A stretch of DNA of 31,835 bases from Acutalibacteraceae bacterium. GTDB taxonomy: Bacteria; Bacillota; Clostridia; Oscillospirales; Acutalibacteraceae. The stretch covers positions 1-31,835 of the forward strand of contig JAZUNC010000016.1 in assembly GCA_045603945.1 (NCBI GenBank), read 5' to 3'. Under the pieces are notes generated by a model. That model was not told the origin of the DNA. It did no database searches and saw only the letters and a list, made by a program, of their open reading frames with translations. Shown piece by piece: positions 15,981 through 23,719 of the stretch. The translations under genes were made by a program, and so were the position numbers. Numbering within the stretch: position 1 is the first letter of the stretch; the number at the start of each line of letters is the position of its first letter.

Positions 15981-17357
15981 TTAAGGTATTTTTATAAGTT
16001 TTACTCTCGTTATCTCTCCCGTATTTTGAAGCTCAATTATAGCGAAGTGCGAGCCATATTGCGATATATATACCGGCTTTGAGAAGTCGAGATCCGCAAG
16101 GTCGAACTCCGTCAACTTGAAATCAGCAGATATAACGAGAGGCTTTTTTATAACATCTTTGTATTTCTGATATTTTTCCGAAATGATGGTGCGGAAATAT
16201 AGCTCGTTGTCAAAAGATAATGAAGGTATTTCATTGCCTGCATCATCAAATACGCCATCAGGGCGAGCGACAAGTATTCTCGGCTCTGTTTTGATAAAAT
16301 CCGTGCTGCTATCTCCGTCATCATCTATTGTAGTTAAATATTGACGAATAAATGCTCCATTAGTAGGGGCAAACGGTAAAGTGAAAAGCGTTTTATCAAC
16401 TTCCAACGTCTCGTCATCAACATCTACATAGCCATCGGCATTTGTTGTAACTTCTTCATCTTCTTTGTAACGCATCCAATTACGCTGAGCATAATCGCCA
16501 AACGTATATTCAACGTCTATCGGCAGGATGCCAGCCGTCGCGAGTTTGCCACTCCAATCAATAGCTTTCGTTTTATCTATCGCGTCATCTATCGCAACTA
16601 ACTTTATCAAGCCGTAAGATGTACGCTCTATATACCAGCCCATTATATGGCATATAGCTTTTACAAAGTCCACCTGCTTTATCTCTGGTATATAATCACG
16701 AATAGCAAAATTCGGCTGAGACGTGCCATCCGCACCAAGCTCGCGTACAAGGTCGTCATTGAAATTGATGTAATAATTTTTTAGCGGCTCCATATCAACG
16801 CCCGAGGTGTCAACTCTACCACTTGACATCGATTGTAATATGAGATTAAAAATAAGATGCACCTGTACAACTGGGAATACATACGCCTCGCCGCCGTTGT
16901 TATACCAATAAAGACCGTACAAAATACCCATGTATTTTGAAAAAACGTTTAAATTATTTAGCCTAATACCCGTTTGATAGGTTAACGGCAAATCGCGAAG
17001 TGTTGTGCCGGCATTTAGCCACGTCCCAAGCTCCGTGAAAACTCCCCATACAAGGCTTATTTCGTACGCCTCTTCATCTGCTGATAGTAAGGTAGCTCTG
17101 CCATTGACGAGGAGGACACCGTTGCGTCGGTATTCAGCCGAATACCACCGACGGGCGAAATCACTCGTCGAAAATGGAGCATCCGCGAAATTCACGACAA
17201 AGTTATTTAGAGGCGTTTTAGGTAGTCGAATTGTCAAGCTGCTGCTTGACGTAATTTTATCGATGTCGCCAAACAGATTCGACCGATAATTCAACGTTAT
17301 ATTTTCATCAGGCATTAAATCAACCCGATGCCCGTTTATGCGTAATTCTTGTGTCAT
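15981..17357 (-). CDS. Tail tip / baseplate hub-like protein
   Basis: 458 aa adjacent to the tape measure gene; N- and C-terminal segments resemble Bacteroidota siphophage minor tail proteins. Confidence 0.55.
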   Translation of the reverse strand: MTQELRINGHRVDLMPDENITLNYRSNLFGDIDKITSSSSLTIRLPKTPLNNFVVNFADAPFSTSDFARRWYSAEYRRNGVLLVNGRATLLSADEEAYEISLVWGVFTELGTWLNAGTTLRDLPLTYQTGIRLNNLNVFSKYMGILYGLYWYNNGGEAYVFPVVQVHLIFNLILQSMSSGRVDTSGVDMEPLKNYYINFNDDLVRELGADGTSQPNFAIRDYIPEIKQVDFVKAICHIMGWYIERTSYGLIKLVAIDDAIDKTKAIDWSGKLATAGILPIDVEYTFGDYAQRNWMRYKEDEEVTTNADGYVDVDDETLEVDKTLFTLPFAPTNGAFIRQYLTTIDDDGDSSTDFIKTEPRILVARPDGVFDDAGNEIPSLSFDNELYFRTIISEKYQKYKDVIKKPLVISADFKLTEFDLADLDFSKPVYISQYGSHFAIIELQNTGEITRVKLIKIP

Positions 17358-18331
17358 GGCAGTTGAGTGTTATAGGGTGCGAATTCGATTTGTGCTTCAA
17401 CCACTTTGTAATTGCCCGATGGAGTGGTAGTGCTTCCATCGGCAACACGGACACGATACCACTCACCTGTATTCCAATCGTAAGCATCTACTATCGCAGA
17501 GGTGTGTAACGTTTTAACGACTTTGTATTCTTCCTCCGTCACATCGGTAGCAGCTATCTTAACAACTCTCTTAACTCTGCGGCTTCGCTCGCTCTCCCAT
17601 TCGTTCAGCACACCGTTTTCCTCAATGGGCATCCTACCGTAGGAGGTAGCCTCTTCCGTGGTGGTTGTTTCCTCGCCAATGTCGAAGAGCCAATACCAGC
17701 ACAACCCTTGGGTGTCTATCCAACGTAAATAAAGCCCCTTGCCGAATGTATAACACCCCTGCTTGATGTTGTACGACCAGTAAGCCGTTTCCCAATCGTA
17801 AGAGAACACCGTTCCCTCAACTTGCAACTTCTTTATACCCGTCGGTACATCATAACGATACAACTGGTAACTCGACCCATAGCCGTTAGATACGTCAACT
17901 TCTAACACATGGCCTTGGCTATCTGTAAGTTCTATTACTGCCGTGTCGTAATATAAGAAGTCAATTGTAAATGGTAATCCGCCCCACCTACGCAAGCTAT
18001 ACGAGCCCCCAAATTGCTCGAATGCTCCGCGTGTGCCATTGATGCTGCAAAAATATAGCTCCATCATGGAGTTGTCATCCTCTATATATACGAAGATATT
18101 TTTGCCGAAAATTTGCAATGCTCGCGATATATCAGCATATATCGTATTGCCCGTAGTTCCGAAAGAATAGATAAAAACAACTTCTTCCGCTATATCTTCA
18201 TCTCCAACATGTATTATCAACTCCGTAGTGGATATCCCCTTTCTCGTAATTTTCAAAATATTAGGAGACCACCGAAACAACACCATAGAGCTGTACTCTA
18301 CGGTTAAATAATCATTACTACTTACTGCCAT
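17354..18331 (-). CDS. Putative minor or distal tail protein
   Basis: 325 aa, beta-rich, YLRWIDTQGLCWYWLF C-terminal domain; within the tail cluster. Confidence 0.5.
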   Translation of the reverse strand: MAVSSNDYLTVEYSSMVLFRWSPNILKITRKGISTTELIIHVGDEDIAEEVVFIYSFGTTGNTIYADISRALQIFGKNIFVYIEDDNSMMELYFCSINGTRGAFEQFGGSYSLRRWGGLPFTIDFLYYDTAVIELTDSQGHVLEVDVSNGYGSSYQLYRYDVPTGIKKLQVEGTVFSYDWETAYWSYNIKQGCYTFGKGLYLRWIDTQGLCWYWLFDIGEETTTTEEATSYGRMPIEENGVLNEWESERSRRVKRVVKIAATDVTEEEYKVVKTLHTSAIVDAYDWNTGEWYRVRVADGSTTTPSGNYKVVEAQIEFAPYNTQLP

Positions 18332-18806
18332 AACGTAATATGCTTTTAATGTTAATTAAATAATTATTTGCAATTTCACTCTCTATTCGCTCTATCGTCA
18401 GAGGTAGCACGTTGCTATATATATCATCTCGCCCACCATCGCGGTACAACTTGCTACCCTCGTTCGCAATCTTCCTCGCTATCAGATAAGCCATCGACAT
18501 GTCGGCTGAACGTTGTGACCTGTTACCGGATACATCGGCATGCACCCCCTTATCTTGCATCCACTGGTAGATTATTTGACGGAAACCGGCAGGCACTCGT
18601 CCGGCTCTTCGTCCCGTCTCAACCGTTCCGAAAGCCTGACGACCGTAGAGAGTACCAGTTGCGTCGTCTACTTCAACACTCAAAGACGCAGACGTGCGAC
18701 CACTGGCATTCGTGCCGGTGGCTTCCAAATTTTGCTGTATCTTCAACTTCGCATCTTCGAGTGCCGAAGTGAGCAAACGTTTTATGTCAATCGTTATCAT
18801 ACGCAA
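18318..18806 (-). CDS. Neck / head-tail joining protein (HK97 gp10-like)
   Basis: NASGRTSASL...VETGRRAG...IARKIANEG pattern typical of neck proteins. Confidence 0.55.
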   Translation of the reverse strand: MRMITIDIKRLLTSALEDAKLKIQQNLEATGTNASGRTSASLSVEVDDATGTLYGRQAFGTVETGRRAGRVPAGFRQIIYQWMQDKGVHADVSGNRSQRSADMSMAYLIARKIANEGSKLYRDGGRDDIYSNVLPLTIERIESEIANNYLINIKSILRYGSK

Positions 18807-19291
18807 CTACCTACTGCATCCTTAATTGTTAACGACAAAGCAATGCCCGACACGGCTACATCCATGCGGTCATACATTATTTGATAGTTTGCTTCCGTAA
18901 TAGCCTCGAAATACCCCGAGCTGTTACACTCAGCTATAAATTCAAACGCTAACCTCTTCATGCGCGCTATCGTCGGCTGCTCTTTCTCCGCGTTGTAATC
19001 GAGTTCCGTTTTATCACAAAAAAATAGCAGGCAATTAGGTGCATCGCTGAATACGTTTTGCCAAACGGTAACGCTGCCCGATGTTGGCAAAACATCAATC
19101 AACACCGGGAACTCGCCATCACCTATAACAACATTTGCCTCATACATCGATGCAAAGAGGTAACGCACCCCTATCCGTGATGCTATCTCTTTGATTCTCT
19201 GCCTTACCACATCATTAGCGTCTACGCTGCTGTCGTTGCTGCTCGTAAACCTTTCGTAATCGCTGTTCATATCTGAAATTTTCATTATCAA
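18797..19291 (-). CDS. Putative tail terminator / completion protein
   Basis: Size, position and beta-rich C-terminus fit; the true start may be GTG near 19210. Confidence 0.5.
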   Translation of the reverse strand: MIMKISDMNSDYERFTSSNDSSVDANDVVRQRIKEIASRIGVRYLFASMYEANVVIGDGEFPVLIDVLPTSGSVTVWQNVFSDAPNCLLFFCDKTELDYNAEKEQPTIARMKRLAFEFIAECNSSGYFEAITEANYQIMYDRMDVAVSGIALSLTIKDAVGSCV

Positions 19292-19757
19292 TTTTCATGC
19301 ACTTATAAAATCGCACCCAAGGCATCGCCTCTGCTTCCGCGTGGTCGGTTATACCCATGCGACGGCAATACCAATCGAGTGTGCCAAATAGCCCGTGATT
19401 GAGCTGCTTTATCCCGGCTTGCTGCTGCTCGGATGTTGGCTCAACATTTAAATCAGCGAACAACTTACCTATCTTCTCCAGCTCCCTGCTCGCCCAATAA
19501 ACGAAGCTCATCACCTCAGCACCATCTGCCTTGTTGACTTCCTCCACTGTCATGCCGAGAAGCAAAACGCACAATCCCGTTATATCATTTGCCTTTGCCA
19601 TCTCTTGGGATTGTATCAACTCTCCAAACGACAACTCATATAAATCTCGCATCGGTTCTCTCCCCGCAACCTTTGCGGGTCTGCCGAACATTCGTAACCG
19701 CTTCCATGTATCGGCGGTTACTATGTCGGCATATCTCGTCAGTTCTTCATATGTCAT
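19215..19757 (-). CDS. Putative tail assembly chaperone-like protein
   Basis: 180 aa, helical, between TerL and the tail genes. Confidence 0.45.
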   Translation of the reverse strand: MTYEELTRYADIVTADTWKRLRMFGRPAKVAGREPMRDLYELSFGELIQSQEMAKANDITGLCVLLLGMTVEEVNKADGAEVMSFVYWASRELEKIGKLFADLNVEPTSEQQQAGIKQLNHGLFGTLDWYCRRMGITDHAEAEAMPWVRFYKCMKIDNENFRYEQRLRKVYEQQRQQRRR

Positions 19758-20923
19758 AGCTTGCCACTCTTTATACTCGCTCTCCTATTTGGCGTCAGCA
19801 ACTTGTTAAGAGCTACATAACGTATCGCATCGAGCGAGTGATTAAACACATCACACGGCTCATTGGTTATTACGCCCGAGCCGTCTACTTTCCATTTGTA
19901 ATTTTGCAACTCCTTTCGGATGTTGGAGCTTCTTCGCGTGACACACAACGGGTAGCGTTGTAGAATCGAAATACCAACGCGAATACTATCTGCACCTTTC
20001 TTGGCTGCTTCGATTCTCGCACCATGCCTACGAAGCTCCTCTATGCTCTTTGGCTCTGCACTATCCGCAACTATCTGCACACCTTGCAATCCATTAGCCG
20101 TTATAACCCTATATATCTCGGGGTTCGTCATGCTCTGGCGATATAGCACTTCGTCAAGCCACAACTTGCCTTCCGATAGCCTAACCTCTACCAGTGCGGT
20201 TGGGTCATTGAAACCGAAGTCAAGCCCAATCCAACGACCTTTGTAGCTCTCCGGCAAGCTATCTACTATCGTAATGTCGTTATATATAACACCTTGTATC
20301 CTACCCGTTAACCCCCTGGCGTACACTCTCCACAACTCGGGGTCGCTGATGCTCTCTATCCGGTCATGCTCCTCCTCCGAGAGGAAAGGGTTGTGTCGAT
20401 GGTCGGTTATAGTTAGCGATACATCTTCCTTGCCTATCAGGTGGTCGTGAACCCAAAAACGAGACGAGGGGTTGTAGTCGATATATATAGCTTTGCGGGT
20501 TCTGATTGCAAGCTGCCAATATATTTCGTAAGGTATGCCGTTTGCCTCGTTGACAAATAAGTAGTCACGCTTACCGCTTCGAGCATCTTGCTCATTGGCG
20601 TAGCTTTTAAATTCCACGAGCGAGCCATTGACACAACGGAGCTGTAAATAACCATCTGATACAACAAATAGCCGTTGAAGCTTAGTGTTATCCGAAACGA
20701 TTCGCTTAGCATCTCGCCACGCCCCTACTTTGAGGTTCGGGACGTCCTGCCCAACAACAGTAACAACCTGCTTCGGCGTTGCCGATGCAACTATAAGCAA
20801 CACCTGCAAAATGGTATACGTCTTGCCTGACGATGTGCCTCCTTGGCACACCGTTATGCGTCTCTCTGGCTTATACAACTTCCCAAAGAGTGGTGTCACT
20901 TTTATGTTGTCATCGCTCGGCAT
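19754..20923 (-). CDS. terL: Terminase large subunit (PBSX-like)
   Basis: Walker A QGGTSSGKT, Walker B LFVNEAN, YIDYNP, nuclease GLDFGFNDPT and NHSLDAIRY. Confidence 0.92.
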   Translation of the reverse strand: MPSDDNIKVTPLFGKLYKPERRITVCQGGTSSGKTYTILQVLLIVASATPKQVVTVVGQDVPNLKVGAWRDAKRIVSDNTKLQRLFVVSDGYLQLRCVNGSLVEFKSYANEQDARSGKRDYLFVNEANGIPYEIYWQLAIRTRKAIYIDYNPSSRFWVHDHLIGKEDVSLTITDHRHNPFLSEEEHDRIESISDPELWRVYARGLTGRIQGVIYNDITIVDSLPESYKGRWIGLDFGFNDPTALVEVRLSEGKLWLDEVLYRQSMTNPEIYRVITANGLQGVQIVADSAEPKSIEELRRHGARIEAAKKGADSIRVGISILQRYPLCVTRRSSNIRKELQNYKWKVDGSGVITNEPCDVFNHSLDAIRYVALNKLLTPNRRASIKSGKL

Positions 20924-21419
20924 CTATTTCGCTTTCACTCATTGCTATCTCAGGTGTTGCATCGTTGAGTATGTTAACACCCAACGAAAGCGACCCCTGT
21001 ATCTCGGCTTGCTGTTGCTGCTTGTTTTGCCATCGCTCGGGAGCGATGTTAGTCAAAAGGAAAATGGCAGCACCGACATTAGGCGGCACATCGACATCCT
21101 CCGTTATCTGCTTTTTAATTACGGGGTTGCCGTCTTTATCACTCGTGTACTCCGTCTTTCGTCGCACCCACTTATACCCCTTTGCCGACCTTGCAAGGCT
21201 GTCTACCAACTCGTGTTCGAGGTTAGCGGCAAAGTGCTTTTGTGCTTCCGCTATCATTTTAGCGAAGTCCTCTCGCTTCATCCATCGCTCGAATGTCCGC
21301 TCAGATATGCCGAAGTGCTTACTTAACGATGCCACGGTTGCACCTCCATGCAGCTTTAATCCGTTGCATATTATCCACTGACGGATGTCGGCAAACATTT
21401 CCGTTGTTAATTTACTCAT
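20910..21419 (-). CDS. terS: Terminase small subunit (HTH)
   Basis: HTH LSKHFGISERTFERW and VPPNVGAAIFLLTN motif; directly upstream of TerL. Likely start MSKLTTEM at 21419. Confidence 0.7.
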   Translation of the reverse strand: MSKLTTEMFADIRQWIICNGLKLHGGATVASLSKHFGISERTFERWMKREDFAKMIAEAQKHFAANLEHELVDSLARSAKGYKWVRRKTEYTSDKDGNPVIKKQITEDVDVPPNVGAAIFLLTNIAPERWQNKQQQQAEIQGSLSLGVNILNDATPEIAMSESEIDAER

Positions 21420-22341
21420 CGTCATTTTTACTTCTCTTAGGTTCATTTGTAAATGGTGCATCTTCGGGGTATGCATCGTACTCGATATTACCCTTACACC
21501 CATATACTCGTAATATCTTCGGAGCTATGTATCTATAACTAATCCGATGATGCAATCTACCGCCATTCATCTTTTGCCTCTCTGCGTGTATAGCCGACGG
21601 GTACGTTATAGGGCATACGAGCGACTTGTTCAACAGCTTACACTCCTTGTATAAGTCCGTTAAGCCCCCAGTTGCCGTCACACTCTGCACCTGATTTAAG
21701 ACCAATCCCGTACGAAAAGATGCTATAAAATACCCCTCGTTTAATGCTGCGACAAATTGCGACGTGTCGTCATCTTGCACACCTCGCTCACCCCTATATA
21801 CATAAGGCATTAATACAAAAGTCGTATTCATTATTTTTGCACGCAAAAGCCCTCTATCCAATTCTCCTGCATTAAATAGTTCACCCGTTTGCGAAAGCCC
21901 GAACAACCCGACGTGATAACGCCTCATCATTTTCTCGACTCCTCCAAAAACAATCTCGAAATTTTTTAAAGTTGCTTGCCCTTTGTACTTCCCGAAAGGT
22001 CTGTTTTCGTAACAAACAGTGTCGTCATCTATTACCACATAAAAATCTATGGATAAAGATTTTGCGATGTCGTAAAACATGTTACGAGCTTGCCCGGCAC
22101 TGCGACGAGCTTTACTCGGACGATGGATATAATCATATCGCAGACGAGCCTCCCTCATGTCAAAGATATGTAAATTAAAGCCGTATGAGCTTGCAACTTC
22201 CTTATAACTTTCAACATCATCCGCTTCATCATCTATAACGACATGTAGCTTATCGACGGGATAACCTATTTTCACGAAATAATTTACCGTTCTTATATTC
22301 TTTGCTCGGTGGTACGACGGTATAAAAATATTCGGCATCAT
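21412..22341 (-). CDS. GT-A fold glycosyltransferase, TAGT/GREB1-like
   Basis: IFIPSYHRA, AGQARN, VVIDDD (DxD-type) and DDDTSQ motifs. Confidence 0.7.
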   Translation of the reverse strand: MMPNIFIPSYHRAKNIRTVNYFVKIGYPVDKLHVVIDDEADDVESYKEVASSYGFNLHIFDMREARLRYDYIHRPSKARRSAGQARNMFYDIAKSLSIDFYVVIDDDTVCYENRPFGKYKGQATLKNFEIVFGGVEKMMRRYHVGLFGLSQTGELFNAGELDRGLLRAKIMNTTFVLMPYVYRGERGVQDDDTSQFVAALNEGYFIASFRTGLVLNQVQSVTATGGLTDLYKECKLLNKSLVCPITYPSAIHAERQKMNGGRLHHRISYRYIAPKILRVYGCKGNIEYDAYPEDAPFTNEPKRSKNDDE

Positions 22342-23120
22342 AACTCGTTTTGTTTATTCGCAATCCTCAACAACTCATCTTGTATAAATCCGTCAATGCT
22401 TCCATCAACCAACACTAAACGCAATCTCTCCATTACACGCTGCTCCTCCTCAGAGGCATTAAATGCATAGTAGTTCGCTACATTTTCGAAATCAATTTTA
22501 ATAAATCGATACGCGAAAAGTTTAAGTACTTCTCTCTGCTCTTCCGTTAATTTATATTCTTCGAGTGCTTTTATTTTCGCATTAAACTTCTCCAAATTAA
22601 CACAATCAACGAGCTTTATATTTGGCTTCTCCTCTGGCTGGTAATAAATGTCACTAAACGAAACATCCGATAAAATCTCCGTCATGGGACTGCTTCCTGA
22701 ATCCTGCGAGGATGCCTCACTCTCAATTGTTACTCCCCAATCCTCGGGCTTTACATTCCATCGCTCGGCTGCTACCTGTAATTCGTCGTAGTTCCATGAA
22801 AGATTTGCGGCACTCGTAGCGTTATCTGCGAGTGCCATGCGTCGCCCCTCTTCACTATCTATGTCGAGGTCTGTACGACGAACCACAACAAGCTCATCTC
22901 CTGTTGTGTCAATTATGCGGATGTTTTTGCGATTGAGAGACCTTGCAGCCTCCACGATGCCGTTGCCGGCGATAATGTTGTTGTCCTTGTCGACAACAAT
23001 TGAACGACCGAAACCGTTCTCCCTCACCGACTTTCGGAGTAGCTCCATGCCCTCCTCGGTGTGGTCGTTGAAGTTGTGTGCGTCATAATGTAACGCGTCA
23101 ATGTCATTATATTTGTTCAT
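22338..23120 (-). CDS. ParB/Srx-like domain protein with an additional C-terminal helical domain
   Basis: HNFNDH...SVRENGFGRSIVVDKDNNIIAGNG...MALADN. Likely start MNKYND at 23120. Confidence 0.75.
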   Translation of the reverse strand: MNKYNDIDALHYDAHNFNDHTEEGMELLRKSVRENGFGRSIVVDKDNNIIAGNGIVEAARSLNRKNIRIIDTTGDELVVVRRTDLDIDSEEGRRMALADNATSAANLSWNYDELQVAAERWNVKPEDWGVTIESEASSQDSGSSPMTEILSDVSFSDIYYQPEEKPNIKLVDCVNLEKFNAKIKALEEYKLTEEQREVLKLFAYRFIKIDFENVANYYAFNASEEEQRVMERLRLVLVDGSIDGFIQDELLRIANKQNEL

Positions 23121-23155
23121 AAGCCTACTCCCGTAGGCGATGTAGGTGTGCGAAA

Positions 23156-23195
23156 CAAAGGTAGCAATTTTATTTGAAAAGCAAAATAAAATCGC
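23156..23195 (-). promoter_or_regulatory. Putative late-operon promoter with overlapping inverted repeat
   Basis: Minus-strand TACCTTTG (23156-23163) and TTTG (23182-23185); inverted repeat attttattt / aaataaaat at 23167-23192. Confidence 0.5.
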
Positions 23196-23226
23196 ATTTT
23201 TTAAGAAAAAAAATATTTGATAATAT

Positions 23227-23257
23227 TTTGTATTTTCAATAATAATTACTATCTTTG
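23227..23257 (+). promoter_or_regulatory. Consensus Bacteroidota sigma-A promoter of accessory cassette 2
   Basis: TTTG (23227-23230), 19-nt spacer, TATCTTTG (23250-23257). Confidence 0.75.
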
Positions 23258-23261
23258 TAGT

Positions 23262-23452
23262 GCAATCATAGAGTGATTGCAACGGATAATTCCTGATGCC
23301 GAGAAAAGAAAGGAATAACCCCCAAAATCTTACACGATGAAATTTAGAATTGAAGTCGAAGTTAAGAATTGGAAATTTAAAGTCTTAACAATTAAGATTG
23401 TTAAGTAGTTTCCAAAGGGGGTGGACGGGGTCAACGTCCGCCCCCTCTTGGG
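23262..23452 (+). ncRNA. Putative structured leader or small RNA (four hairpins)
   Basis: Stems: gcaatca-tagag-tgattgc; attcct...aggaat; cttaacaat-taag-attgttaag; ccaa-agggggtggacg...cgtccgccccct-c-ttgg. Confidence 0.5.
23336..23408 (+). pseudogene. Small amphipathic peptide frame one base out of register with its ATG
   Basis: ATG AAA ATT TAG at 23336, whereas the +1 frame reads KFRIEVEVKNWKFKVLTIKIVK-stop. Confidence 0.4.
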
Positions 23453-23479
23453 GGTTATGGTGCAAAAGTAAACAAAATT

Positions 23480-23686
23480 ATGGAAACCGAAAACAAAACA
23501 GAAAAGAAAAGTAATCGCGGAGGTAAACGAGTAGGAGCAGGACGAAAACCGAAAGGTGAGGCAAAACGTATAACACTTGGCTTCGTAGTATCGGAGACCG
23601 CTGCTAACAACCTCAAAGCGTATGCCGAGCGATTGGGCAAGACACGCAACGATGTTATCAATGAACTTTTAGAGGGGCTTATTTGA
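23480..23686 (+). CDS. Ribbon-helix-helix-type DNA-binding protein with N-terminal RGGxRxGAGRK motif
   Basis: NRGGKRVGAGRKP, beta strand RITLGFVV, then helices ETAANNLKAYAERLG-KTRNDVINELL. Confidence 0.7.
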   Translation: METENKTEKKSNRGGKRVGAGRKPKGEAKRITLGFVVSETAANNLKAYAERLGKTRNDVINELLEGLI

Positions 23687-23700
23687 CCCCTCTTTTTTTT
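23671..23700 (+). terminator. Intrinsic terminator overlapping the RHH stop codon
   Basis: agagggg-cttatttga-cccctct followed by a T-run. Confidence 0.7.
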
Positions 23701-23719
23701 CTCTCCGACAATAACGACA

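Noticed and set aside
19215-19757. Programmed -1 frameshift of a tail chaperone (G/GT type)
   Set aside because: No clear slippery heptamer was found near the end of the ORF, and the gene is not between the tube and tape measure genes.
23258-23283. CRISPR-repeat mimic (ends in ATTGCAAC, like some class 1 repeat 3' handles)
   Set aside because: Single copy, and the handle-like bases are inside the stem rather than 3' of it; too weak without a repeat-database search.
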